From Craspedostauros australis (Eukaryota), in the NCBI GenBank assembly GCA_030167865.1, contig JALAGF010000383.1, positions 1-64,000 of the forward strand: 64,000 nucleotides of DNA, read 5' to 3'. Positions 45,614 through 57,588 of the stretch are shown here, piece after piece (the stretch's first letter is position 1; every line of letters starts with the position of its first letter). A program made the translations under genes and the position numbers. The notes beneath the pieces are model-generated. The model was not told the origin of the DNA, ran no database searches, and saw only the letters and a list, made by a program, of their open reading frames with translations.

Positions 45614-48600
45614 CCAAGACGCGAAAAGGCGCCGAAAAGGCACGGAGTGTTCCTTCAAGAGCATCATAACCACGAACATCAACCACGATTATAACTATGC
45701 ATCAAAGAAGGCGAAGCCTTGCAAGGGAGGACATGAATAGCAGTGGACCCAGCCATCGCCTTTTTCAATCAACAAGGGGGAAGTGCCCATAGATTAGAAA
45801 AGGTTGATGATCTCACAGGGGAAACTGAAGGCACACCAGCAACACAGCAGACACCTACGTCTATTCTACCCAAGTAGTATACCTGGAGGCTCTGATGATT
45901 CCACCAAGCACAGCCGACAACTGCGCTCGCGGCAATGTGCTCCGACGTGCGCTCCCATGTAATGGGCCATCGAGCGCATGGAGCGCTGCGAGTTCCCAGG
46001 TCGAACTGTTGGCAATCGCAGTCTGCGGGATCGCCAACTCCTTTCGCAGTCCATGACTCACAAGTCTCGTGGATCAGCAAGCTACATATATTTTGGTACA
46101 AGTACTCCACGGCGCACTCACAACGCAGCATGGATGAGTGACGACCGTCCCACATCTCTTCTGGCGAGACAGCATTGGGTCTTCGGGGCAATTCTACAAA
46201 TATTGTCAATGGCTCATTGCGAATGGATCGGCGGCGTCCTCTCTCTCTCTCTCTCTCTGTGTTTCTTTCTGGAGAGTGGAGTAATGCTTGTATGGCGTAA
46301 GATTCACCATGCGAGGACGAATGTAATCATTCTCGGCGCGGTATTGCAGGGATCCCATGGTCGACAACGCCACCACCCGGATGTTGAGCTTTCGAAGTGT
46401 GAGCGTACGGGTACTCAGAACGTTTGACACACCGGGGAAACTATTGAGCAAAGCAGGAACACAGTCGAAAGGCACCACCGCCCTGCGGAGGTATCTATCA
46501 CATGTACAACATATTGCAGGAGATGAACTTTGGGGGATAACACAAGTTATGTTACCTGTTTATACCGTCAATGCGGTGTCGTTACAGTTATTGTCATTGT
46601 TATTGTTGCTGGTGGTGGTGGTGCGAGATGGCACAAATAGTTCACACAGCACTCTCGAGTACTAGTGAATCACCAAGGATATGGCTGAGAATACGGTGGA
46701 GGACACGAAGGGAAATGGCATCAACACTCCTTCGCAGAAGTCCACAAGTACTACATGGTCATCGATGCATACAGTCTTCTCGAAGCGCGTGTTGCTCTGC
46801 CTCCCAGAAGGGCAAAGCGCACAAAAAAGGTCAAGTATCGCAGGAGAATATCCCTCATGTGCTTACCTGGCTGTGCTTTGAATTTGTCCTCCTGGACACC
46901 TGTCCAGTGTCCTTGGCATGCATGAGCGTTTCGGTGCGTGAGTCTCCAAGGGCATGCACTACAAAGTCTGCTCTCTGGTTCTGTTGCTCCCTTGGGTGCT
47001 GCATGCATTGTGAGGTACTCTGTGAAGGGGCGTTGACGAACGCCACTGACGTCAGCCCCTCACATAGCCAAGCGGTGGCACTTGCACACCACACCACGCG
47101 GATGCATGCGATTCAGCAAAGGTAGTCGCACTTAGCGCGAGGAGCTCCACACCGGACCCTCGCCTGTGGTGACGAGCCAATCTCTGTTTCGATGCCTTCG
47201 ATAGCGATGATGGATGGATTTGCCCACAGAGAGCCAATGCAGTCTTGGTCCTGACTGATGTCCTTGCACACAGAGAGGTTCCGATTCTTCATCAGGCGTT
47301 TTCGACTCTGCCTCGCATTTCAATGCCACACTGATAGGGCAGGCATCATGTTTGTCTCCACTTGCCAACACAATACTCGTACTCGTTGCTCGTATCCGTA
47401 CCCGTACGTGTGCCAGATTCCATCGTTGCGATGCTACGATTAGAGAGCACCGTCCTCCTGCATCCATGGAATGATTCTGTGGTCGCGCCTTTGCGTCCTC
47501 GTTCATGGTCGTCTGTGTGGTTTGCTGTCTCTGTTCGCTGAGGGGGAAGGTTGGATCGCCGGGCACACAAACGGCTTCAGGAGGCCAGCGAAGAGCAAAC
47601 CCAGAACAGAATCACCCTCGTGGGCACATCCTCGATCCCGTTTTGTGAGAGGTTGGGGTTCAGCCGATGCACGTCGACCTGGGCGACAATTCTCCAATGT
47701 TTAATCTTTATCTGCATCACGTCAACACCAATCGCAATCAAGACCGTGGGGCAACTGGACGAACGGGGCGAAATCGCCTCCAGGAAGGTGGAAGAGTCGC
47801 AACAACAACAGCAAAGGCAACTGGAGGAGCCACGAAGAGCAACACAAAACGAACTCGACGTGGCCGTCCTTGCTTGTTTGTTGACATTTACGTTGACGCA
47901 GCAGATTGGAGACAAAGTTGGATTGTCCTTGTCGCTCTGTCTTCTTCACACCAGTCACCATGTTGCGACACAACAGTCCACAACAAACCACCAAACTGGA
48001 TCAGACGGAGATTTCGGCCGGCGAAGCACTCCACGCAACGTCGCACCTTCATCAAGCCAGAGAGACAAAACAGATAGAAATGAGACCGCCAGGCGTTGTC
48101 CATTCTCCACAATCACGAACACACCATCGTTGTCAATCTGTGTACCTGTGGAATTATGGTTCGAAATGAACCTTCTGGAAAAGTTCCTGGTTCGATTCGC
48201 TCTCCTCTCAGCACTCCATACTTGATGGCGCGGAGAGTCGCAAACACGATTGATACCAAACCAAGTTCTGTGATACATTCCTTGTCGTACTATTCCAGAG
48301 TATCCATTTTCTCGGGTCTTCATCGATTCCTTCGATTATTCTTTGGAAGTTAGTGTAGAATTTCTATCATTGCAATTATGACAGTATCGATCATGATGTG
48401 TTTTCCGTCGACGAGATTCACACAGAAGGACTTCCCATTCGCGGCTTCTGTTGCGATCTGTCGGTAGTGGTCTCGTGCAGGGAGGGTAGTTGTAGTTAGG
48501 TGCGCAACCATACCACCATCCCAGAACACAATACATACAATACTCCACACCCTTGGATAGCATCATTATCGTGTCAGTGCCAGCGCCAGTGCCAGCACCA

Positions 48601-48640
48601 TACATTGACCAATCGATGGATTGGTGCCTCTCTGATCAAT

Positions 48641-50227
48641 ATGACTCCTGTTGATGCCACCTCGACGAACAGCATGGCCCGCCAAGGCGACGCCTACCAA
48701 CGACTGCTGCCAGCAGACTGCTGGGACTTCGTGTTTTCGTTCCTCACGTTGAAGGAATGCCTCGGCATGTCGCAAACCTCGATCTCCTTCATGGATGCTG
48801 TGGCGAATGAAGTTGGGAAGCGACGCAAGCGAGCCTTCCTCGTGCAGCACGGGTACCATGCCACGCCTGCCTACACGGTCGTCAACGATGAAGCCAACAG
48901 GGTTGGGTTTGGACGTCCCATGCTGGTTCCTTTGGTGGACGGCAGCGGCATCGAGATGAAGCACCACACAGACTCTTTCGATTGGAGGGTGCTTCCCACG
49001 GTCAAAAGTCGCGTTGCGGACCTGTACAGCGCCGTCCCGTCACCTCACCCACTCACGGCAACGATACAAGAACTCAAGCTGGACCTTGAAGCCGAAATGG
49101 GTGATGGCGAAATGCAAGATTCTCATCAAGGCGATAGCGGCCCGAAGACACTAATTGTTGCTCGCGCCGCATCAGCAGCAGCAGCAGAAGAGCAGGTTGA
49201 CAATATAGGCAATTTTGAGGCCACGTGGATGAAGTTCAAGCGACTGTGCAAAGCACACCGCCTGCATGCCACCATCTTGCGGAAGGCGGTAGATTCCAAC
49301 CCCCTTCACGATTACGGCCAATTCAAGACGAGACCGAGAGGTTTGATCCAGCCATTGCGATCCGCAAACGCTTTCTCTGTGTCGATGGAGCAATTCTGGG
49401 GCGACGTCCTGATCGCCAACTATCTCATGGGCAACGTCGTTGCTGGTCTTGTCGAGGGCAGCCGGACAGAAGCAGCATGGACGAATCAACTGTGGGAGCA
49501 GTGCGGGTTGAATAACAACAGCAGCAACCGCAACAGCAACGCCCTTGGCGGCCGCGAGGCAGGACATTGTGCCAACGCAGGAGCGTCGAATGAGAATGAC
49601 ACAGCTAACGGACACGAAGATGATGAATCCCATGACCATGACCAAGCACAGACGCAGACGCAGACGCAGCACGGCCAGCATCAGGTCCTGAGCCTCAACA
49701 CTGTGTACCGAGTGTTCGTGTACCTGCAGAGCACGACGCTGCGCACGATGCCATTCTCCGCATCCCAAATCGAACGGCTGAAGCTGGGGTCGAGCATGGG
49801 CCACACACAGCAACGCGATGGAAGGTCCTTCGTGCGGCCTCACACGCCGTTCAGCGGGGCGCACGGGCCCATCCGTAAATTCCTCCAGCCGTTGGTGGAT
49901 CTGCTGCGCATGTACGACATCCGTGGCACGATGAATCAGTTCGGGCCGTTGGGTCCGTCCTTCCGCGGCAGGGATCACGTGCGCGTGCTGCGCATGAACG
50001 GCGCGGCATTCTGCACCAAGCTGTCCGTGCTGCTGTACCTCGCACAGCTGGACCTCATGGAGGCCCTGCCATCCAGCGGACCCTTTCTCAATTCGTGGCT
50101 CGGCAATGCCGGGTTTTATTTGGACGTTGACGTCGCGTGGATGATGGAGGTGTCGAAGGCGTGCGGCCAGATCCGGCCGATGACCGTTGAACCGCCGCTC
50201 ATCACGGTGGAACGGGATGCTGTGTAG
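48641..50227 (+). CDS. F-box-like domain protein
   Basis: The N-terminal LLPADCWDFVFSFLTLKECLGMSQTSISF resembles the F-box consensus. The rest is unrecognised. Long ORF with coding-like codon use. Confidence 0.55.
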   Translation: MTPVDATSTNSMARQGDAYQRLLPADCWDFVFSFLTLKECLGMSQTSISFMDAVANEVGKRRKRAFLVQHGYHATPAYTVVNDEANRVGFGRPMLVPLVDGSGIEMKHHTDSFDWRVLPTVKSRVADLYSAVPSPHPLTATIQELKLDLEAEMGDGEMQDSHQGDSGPKTLIVARAASAAAAEEQVDNIGNFEATWMKFKRLCKAHRLHATILRKAVDSNPLHDYGQFKTRPRGLIQPLRSANAFSVSMEQFWGDVLIANYLMGNVVAGLVEGSRTEAAWTNQLWEQCGLNNNSSNRNSNALGGREAGHCANAGASNENDTANGHEDDESHDHDQAQTQTQTQHGQHQVLSLNTVYRVFVYLQSTTLRTMPFSASQIERLKLGSSMGHTQQRDGRSFVRPHTPFSGAHGPIRKFLQPLVDLLRMYDIRGTMNQFGPLGPSFRGRDHVRVLRMNGAAFCTKLSVLLYLAQLDLMEALPSSGPFLNSWLGNAGFYLDVDVAWMMEVSKACGQIRPMTVEPPLITVERDAV

Positions 50228-50702
50228 AGTCTGCATATGGACAGATAAGGTGGTCGAGTATAATATAATATTATGGATGGCCATTATACATTATGTAGTC
50301 CATAGTCTCTGGAGATTACAATACTTGTCGATGATCCATGCTCTCTTGTGTGTGTGCGAGACAGAGAGAGAGCATCTTGTGAGCTGCCAGCAGAGAGTTG
50401 TGCTGGTGTCAAGAATGCAAGGCTAGAGAATGAAGTCTAGAGACCCGTCTGATTCCATTTGACACCACGAAACAGCCAACAAAAACGCAAACCCATTCAC
50501 GATCGCACTCGCTGAGCTCACTTGATGATGTTCGCCAATCGATCGAAGCAACCAGCAGCCATCCATACTCTGCTCTATTATCACACTTCCGCATCCTTCC
50601 ATTCCGGGTGCACTGCTGGCGCATACCAGCCCGCTGCACGAGCATACAGCACAGCACAACACAGTACAACACATTTGCAGTGTCCGGATTGGACGACGAA
50701 GC

Positions 50703-53700
50703 ATGACGGATGCGCTAGTGCGCGACTTCGTGCGAGAGCAGCGAGAGCTGCTGGGATTGGAGCTGGAATCGGAGCAGACACTCGAGAAGGAGGTGGCGCA
50801 GTCCTCCCATCAGCTGTCCGCGGCCGCTGGCTCTGATCGGGAGCGTGTGGCATCTCACGTGCTGGGGAGTTTGGAGGCCTCGGATGTGTCGATTGGATTG
50901 TACGGGCGCACCGTGGTGGAACTGGTCGTGCATCACGCGTCTGCGGATGCATCGCAAGGCGCGCCGAATGGCAGCACGGCCCAGGCGGCTGCAGCTCCAT
51001 CGCAGCTGCTGCTGCCCGCGCATCGCTTCACGGTTGGCGATGAAGTGGAAATCCGCACAAAGCAGAATCGCAAGGGCTCACCGGGAGGCGTCATCAGCGC
51101 AGTCACGGACACCGCCATTTCTGTGGCGCTGTTTGGTCAAAAGACGAGATCTTCCAACAACAGCAATGGCAACAGCAACAGCAAGAACGGCAACAACCAT
51201 GATGGCAGAAACAACGACGACGACGATGTGGAATCAGAGTTGGGCGACCCTCCGCTGCGGCTGATTCCCAAGAGCTCCGTCGAGGTTCATCGCAAATTGA
51301 TGCACGGGTTGAATGATTTGGAACGGCACGGCGCGAATCATGAACTTTGCGGCCCAGTCATCGAGGCGTGCTTCAACCCGCGACCCAGCAGCACACGCCA
51401 AGCGAAGTCGCAACCGGCAGAACGCAATCGTAACACGCCGATCCAGAAGTTCAATGCCGACCTCGATGCAAGCCAGGTGGAGGCCATTCAATTTGCGCTG
51501 GATGATGAGCAGAGGATATCCTTGATCCACGGTCCACCGGGAACGGGCAAGACGACCACGGTGGCGGAGCTGATCCGGCATGCCGTGCATGTGCGTGGCA
51601 TGAAGGTGCTGGTCACGGCACCCAGCAACGTGGCCGTCGACAACGTCCTTGAGCGCCTTGTGGCGTCTGCCACTCCCAGTACCGCGCAAAAACGCAAGAA
51701 TGCCAAGCGCACATCCTTGCGCGCAGTCCGTCTGGGGCATCCAGCAAGGATCAAACCCACAATCCTGTCGTACAGCTTGGAAGCACTGGTGCAATCGGCC
51801 GACGGCACCGAGATCGTCAACGATGTGCGCAAGGAGCTCAAGTCTTACATCCGAGTCCTTTCCAATCCAAAAAGTCGCGGCAACGAAAAACGGGTGGCGT
51901 ACCGCGAGATGAAGGCCCTTCGCAAGGAGGTCCGAACGCGAGAGGAGAAGGTCGTGCGGGAACTTATCGGAGGTGCGCAGGTGGTCCTGGCCACGACGGT
52001 CGGTGCCGCGAATCGCATGCTCAATCATGTGGAGGGTGGATTTGATCTGGTCGTCATCGACGAAGCCGCGCAGGCGTTGGAAGCATCATGCTGGATTCCG
52101 ATGCTGCGTGGCAAGAAGGTCGTCCTGGCCGGAGATCATCGTCAGCTGCCGCCAACCATCAAGAGCCGCAGTCACAAGGCGCAGGCAGGTCTTGCCAAGA
52201 CCCTGTTCGAACGCCTGATGGAGCTGTACGGGGATGACAAGAAACCGGAGGTTCCTCGCATTTCGAGAATGCTCAAGGTGCAGTACCGCATGCATCGCCA
52301 AATCGCGGACTGGGCCAGCACGGCGATGTATGGTGGGGAACTATCGACCCACCCGAGCGTCGAGACGAGGCTGCTGTCGCAGCTGGGTTCCATCAAGGAA
52401 ACCCAAGACGCAGGCACAGACGCTGGCGAAACTGAAGGCAATAACGAGAGTCGCATGCAACACGAGCTGAACAGCGACGATGTGGAACTGCTGGGCACGA
52501 CCATGATGCTGGTGGACACGGCCGGGTGTGACATGCACGACACGACCAACGATGCCGGCTCCAGATTTAACGAAGGCGAAGCGAAGATAGTAGATCGCCA
52601 TGTGCGCCGCCTGTTGTCGTTCGGGATGAAGCAAGCCGATGTGGCGATCATCACGCCGTACAACGGTCAGGTGGAATTGCTTCGCAACATGCTCCTTCCG
52701 GAGTACCCCTCGCTGGAGATCCGCAGCGTCGATGGATTCCAAGGTGGCGAGAGGGAAGCCGTGGTGCTCAGCCTCGTTCGAAGCAGCGAAAGAGGTGGGA
52801 TCGACGGCATTGGCTTCCTCAAGGACGATCGTCGTCAGAATGTGGCAGTGACGCGCGCGAAACGACATGTGGCTGTCGTCTGCGATTCGGAGACTGTGAG
52901 CAAGAGCAAGTTCATTGCGAGTCTGTTGGCGTGGATTGAGGAGCATGGACAACAGCGATCAGCGATCGAGTACCTTGCTGCCGTGGAATCGTCGTTCGAT
53001 GCGGACTTTGAAGCGGACATGCAGAACGCAGAGGCTGAGATCGAGAAGATGATGAAGGGGCCCGACCAGAACGCAGACAGTCCTGCAAATACCAACGCTA
53101 AAGGAGAAAACAAGGTGGCAACGAAGAACCAGCCGAAGCATGTGCACTCGCATAGCGCGCAGTCTAAGAATCAGCAGCGAAACAAGGAGAACGATCTGAA
53201 GCAGACGCAGCAACAGCGAAAGCAGGAAGATGAACTGCTCAAGAATCAGTTGCAAGAATCCAAACGCAAGGCCTTGCTGGACAAGATCTCGGCTTTCAAC
53301 GAATCCGCGCAGCCCGGTGACAGCCTGCCCTTGAGTTCGGAGCTGAACGGATACGAACGACGTCTCGTGCATGAATTTTGCGAACAGCTCGGCTTGACGC
53401 ATGTCAGCTCAGGGACCGAAGGCGTGGATCGACGCATCGTCATCGGCAAGGAAGCAAAAGGAGTTGCTGCGGAAAGCAACGCCACCATTTCTTCCATCAA
53501 TTCGCTATCAGGAGGCTTGCAGACGCGAGCAGAGCAACAGAATGATGCCACGCTTGGTCTGCATGAAAACAATGATGACGGGACGCCAACGAAGTCTGCG
53601 TTTGCAACCTTGGCGCTGGATGACGATGACGATGACGACAGCAGCAGCAGCAGCAGCAGCAGCGATGAGAAAGAGAGTGACCCGGACGCGCCTGTCACAG

Positions 53701-54161
53701 CTACGGGCGCCTCGTTGCTCGCCCAACTGGCAATAGAACGCAGACAACGCGAAAGCGCGAGATTGGAACAGCAGAACCAAGCAGCTGCCGCATCCGCTGA
53801 TCGATCTGGAGCGGGAATGTCCAAGAGCCAGAAGAAGAAAAACAAGAAGAAGGGCGGTCAGAAGCTCGGTGGTTCTCGTAAACCGACCCACCCTCCGACG
53901 CAGGATGACAGCCACCTTGACGATCTGGATGACATGGCATTCCTCGATACTCAGATTGAGAGGTCACAGAATGCGCATGGTCGAAAGGTGGTCGGCGCGG
54001 GGAAGGGGTACAGAACGATCATCAATGGCGTGCTGAACGCCAAGCCCGCTCCACGCGAACCTCCCAAGAATGCGAAGGCGGCTGCATCGCTCCAGGCCAA
54101 ACTGAAGAGCGCACAGAATGGGAGGAAGACCAAGGGAGGTGGCAAGAAGAAAAAGAAGTAG
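50703..54161 (+). CDS. IGHMBP2: SF1 Upf1-like helicase, IGHMBP2/SMUBP-2 (Hcs1) type, with R3H domain
   Basis: Helicase motifs IHGPPGTGKTTT, APSNVAVDN, VRLGHPARI, DEAAQ, GDHRQLPP, QYRM, ITPYNGQV, VDGFQGGE and NVAVTRAK. R3H motif ERRLVHEFCEQLGLTHVS. Confidence 0.9.
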   Translation: MTDALVRDFVREQRELLGLELESEQTLEKEVAQSSHQLSAAAGSDRERVASHVLGSLEASDVSIGLYGRTVVELVVHHASADASQGAPNGSTAQAAAAPSQLLLPAHRFTVGDEVEIRTKQNRKGSPGGVISAVTDTAISVALFGQKTRSSNNSNGNSNSKNGNNHDGRNNDDDDVESELGDPPLRLIPKSSVEVHRKLMHGLNDLERHGANHELCGPVIEACFNPRPSSTRQAKSQPAERNRNTPIQKFNADLDASQVEAIQFALDDEQRISLIHGPPGTGKTTTVAELIRHAVHVRGMKVLVTAPSNVAVDNVLERLVASATPSTAQKRKNAKRTSLRAVRLGHPARIKPTILSYSLEALVQSADGTEIVNDVRKELKSYIRVLSNPKSRGNEKRVAYREMKALRKEVRTREEKVVRELIGGAQVVLATTVGAANRMLNHVEGGFDLVVIDEAAQALEASCWIPMLRGKKVVLAGDHRQLPPTIKSRSHKAQAGLAKTLFERLMELYGDDKKPEVPRISRMLKVQYRMHRQIADWASTAMYGGELSTHPSVETRLLSQLGSIKETQDAGTDAGETEGNNESRMQHELNSDDVELLGTTMMLVDTAGCDMHDTTNDAGSRFNEGEAKIVDRHVRRLLSFGMKQADVAIITPYNGQVELLRNMLLPEYPSLEIRSVDGFQGGEREAVVLSLVRSSERGGIDGIGFLKDDRRQNVAVTRAKRHVAVVCDSETVSKSKFIASLLAWIEEHGQQRSAIEYLAAVESSFDADFEADMQNAEAEIEKMMKGPDQNADSPANTNAKGENKVATKNQPKHVHSHSAQSKNQQRNKENDLKQTQQQRKQEDELLKNQLQESKRKALLDKISAFNESAQPGDSLPLSSELNGYERRLVHEFCEQLGLTHVSSGTEGVDRRIVIGKEAKGVAAESNATISSINSLSGGLQTRAEQQNDATLGLHENNDDGTPTKSAFATLALDDDDDDDSSSSSSSSDEKESDPDAPVTATGASLLAQLAIERRQRESARLEQQNQAAAASADRSGAGMSKSQKKKNKKKGGQKLGGSRKPTHPPTQDDSHLDDLDDMAFLDTQIERSQNAHGRKVVGAGKGYRTIINGVLNAKPAPREPPKNAKAAASLQAKLKSAQNGRKTKGGGKKKKK

Positions 54162-54743
54162 AAAAGATGATATCATCGTCCAGAATGGTGAGGTCGAGTG
54201 TCCTCCATTCAACTTGCTCATGAGTGTGTCCACCCCACAGCACCTGAAGCAACGCAGCACAGCGCCAGACGTGGCACGCCACGGTTCTCATTCGTGGATG
54301 TTTCGTTCGAACGATTGTGTTTGGGTGACACACATTTGACGTCTGGCCGTCAACACAACAACGTTGGTCGAATCATTCGAGTGCGACGTTGACACACGCA
54401 CGAACGTGTCACAGCACCCATCACTCGTATCCTTTGATGACATCGCTGATGTGGATTCCCTTGGGTGACACGTCTTTGTTGTCGGCAGAATGGAGATCTT
54501 TTTGGAATTGTGGCGGGAGATCGAAACAACCTGGCGACATCAGGGGCGGACGTGGAGGATGGGTGGAAACAGCGGCATGTCATGAAACTGCAACAGAGAA
54601 TCTCCGACATTGCGATTGGGATTGAGATTGACATCGACAACAGCATCCCCCTCTCTGTGTGCAAATAGAACGCACAATAATTCTGCAGATCTCATCACCA
54701 GACTCGCACTACGACTAGTAGTCGTACAACCACTGAACCAAAC

Positions 54744-57300
54744 ATGAAGATCCAAGTTCCATCCGCCGCGTTCGCCCTGATGGCAGCCTCCGCTGCGATC
54801 GTCTCGCCCGGCAGCGCCTTCGTCCCATCCTCGCTGGCGCCAAGGTCATCCGGGGCAGAGGCGGCAACCGGGGGCGTCGGGAAGGCCCGGTTCTCCCTGG
54901 AGCTGAACGTCGCCACCGACCCACCGGCAACCAAAAGTCCCATCGACCCGAAGGCAGCCATCGCCGTTCCACCCAAACTCGCCCAGCGATGGCGAAAGAG
55001 CACGAAGCAGCTCGTGACGCTCGGCCCGTCGTCCTCCAGTTTGGAAATGATCGAACGTCTCTTCTTGGCGGGTGCCGACGTCTTCCGTCTCAACTTCTCG
55101 CACGGGTCGCAAGAGCAGAAGAAGGAACTCCTGGATGTCATCCGATCCGTCGAGGCCAAGTACTCCCATCCCATCTGCGCGTTGGGAGATTTGCAGGGAC
55201 CGAAGTTGCGGGTGAGCATGATCCTGTCGATGGATGTTGCGTTGTGCTGATGCCTGGTCTGCGTGTTGCGACATTCGTGCGATATCGTCAGCCGCACGTC
55301 CAGATTCGTCCTGTCTGGCTGGTGGCTTGCGGACAGGCTGCTTGTGAATTGCTTGTGAATCGCTCGAGCATCTGTTATCCCATAGAGCACGGCGATTTCG
55401 AGACGTAGCCAGCATCCAGCATTCATGCTCCAATACTCATTCGCACTCATCTCCATTCTCTCAATCGATCGTTCACCGACTAACTCAACCACCGGCCGTC
55501 TCACCAACTTGAACATTGACGCATTGATACATTGATACATGGCACATTAATGAATTGACCCGCTGCCGTTGCGCATTCACCACGAAGGTCGGAGAATTCT
55601 CCAGCCCAACCGGCGAGTACCTCGAGGAGGGCCAGACATTTCGCCTTGATCTGGATTCTGCGATGGGCGACAGCACCCGCGTGCAGCTGCCTCACCCAGA
55701 AATCATCAAGGCGTCCGAGGTTGGCCACACTCTCATGGTGGATGACGGAAAGGTGAAGCTCACTGTCACCGCCAAAGGTGACGATTTCCTGGAATGCATC
55801 GTCAACGTGCCTGGAAAGATCAGCAACCGCAAGGGCGTCAACACGCCGGATTCCATCCTCAAGATCTCGCCCCTCACCGCCAAGGATCGTTCCGATCTGG
55901 ACTACATGCTCGAAATTGGCGTCGACTGGGTGGCCCTTTCCTTCGTCCAACGTCCAGAGGATATTGAGGAAATCCGCGCCATCATCGACGAGCGCATCCC
56001 ACCCTCCAGCGGGAGATTCCAGCCCAGCGTCATGGCCAAGATCGAGAAGCCATCCTGTTTCGAGGGCGACAACCTCGAACGCATCGTCGACCTCTGCGAT
56101 GGCATCATGGTGGCGCGCGGGGACCTGGGCGTCGAATGCCCGCCTGAAGACGTCCCCATCCTGCAAAAGACCATCATCGATGAATGTCGTAAGCAGGGAC
56201 GCCCGGTCGTCGTCGCCACCCAGATGCTCGAATCCATGATCGAAAGTCCCACGCCCACTCGTGCTGAGGCCAGTGATGTCGCGACAGCCATATACGATGG
56301 TGCAGATGCCATCATGCTTAGTGCCGAATCGGCGGCTGGAAAGGTAAGTTCATTCATTGAGGCCATGATAGTGGCACTTTCCTGGTGTTCTCTCTCTCTC
56401 TCTCTTGCTATTCGTTGCAATCCTATTTCAACGTGGAAGGCTCTTGCATGCCAGTATGTATTACACATCCAATCCATTGAACTGGAGATGGTGTGGTCTT
56501 GTTTGGTCTAATCCATCTCGCAATCTCAAACTCACCGACAAGTTCACTGTTGCCTTCCATCATAAACCTATGGCGTAAAATACACCGCATGTACGATCAT
56601 CTCCTACTGTCATACTCGTGAAATACGCACCCTATTCATACTCTCTTGGGTCCTCAATCTACATGCTATGACGCACACATGAACACATGCACACACCCAC
56701 ATGCGCACTTTTCTTCTGCTCGTGTGTCTTCCGTAGTACCCGGAAGAGTCCGTCGCGATGCAACAGCGCATCATCAACCGCGTGGAAGGGGATCCGCATT
56801 ATCGCAATTACTTGAATTCGTTCGACCAGATCCCGGATGACACCCCCACGGAAGCCTTGATCGTCGCAGCACGCCAAATCTCGCAATCCATCCAGGCCAA
56901 GTGCATCGCCACGTTCAGTTTGCGTGGTTCCACCGTGCTGAAGGCATCTAAATTCCGACCCACCACGCCCATCATGGCCATCTGCCCGTTCGTCGAAAAG
57001 GCTCGTCAGCTCACCTTGGCATGGGGCGTGTATCCTGATCTGCCCACCACGCAGTTTGGTTTCAATGGGATCGTGGACTACGACGACAACGAAGGTGACG
57101 ACGAAGAAACTGGCATGACAGCAGATGGATTGCCCACAAATGACTTGGACTTGGTCATGCGCAATGCTTGTCGAGCTGCGTTGAAGAAGGGCTTGGTCAA
57201 TGATGCCAACGATGCCATCGTTGTGACCGCTGGATTGCCATTCAATAGTCCAGGTGTTGCCAACATGCTGCGCATAACTTGTCCATCAGACTTTCGTTGA
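54744..57300 (+). CDS. PK: Pyruvate kinase, plastid-targeted; exons 54744-55211, 55588-56343, 56737-57300 (~595 aa)
   Basis: Motifs [86 protein letters not shown]. Signal peptide plus GSAFVP bipartite motif. GT-AG introns at 55212-55587 and 56344-56736. Confidence 0.95.
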
Positions 57301-57588
57301 AGTCAGACATAGATGAATACTCGTACGCAAGTACTCGTGGTGCGCACGAGCACAAATAATCCCAAATAAGCGAGAAAGCGGCAAGGACACTAAGGAGCAA
57401 CTGAACGAAGAAATGGAGAAGCATGGAAGCAACATGTTTGCAAGAAAGAAGGCAACGAGCGTAAGCGCGGAGACATCATTGGTTTTGATTGGAACTGTGT
57501 GAAGCGTAATATCATCCATTGCATTATATGAAACATTGCATGATTCTCTAAATTACATTCTGGGGCAGGGGTGCTGTTCGTCTCGTCA

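Noticed and set aside
48150-48210. GGTTCGATTC, resembling a tRNA T-loop or B-box
   Set aside because: The flanks (cctgg / cgctc) cannot form a T-stem and no cloverleaf is evident.
45620-48500. Short ORFs, including the 224-aa ORF at 47551-48225
   Set aside because: Low-complexity, UTR-like composition with no identifiable domain.
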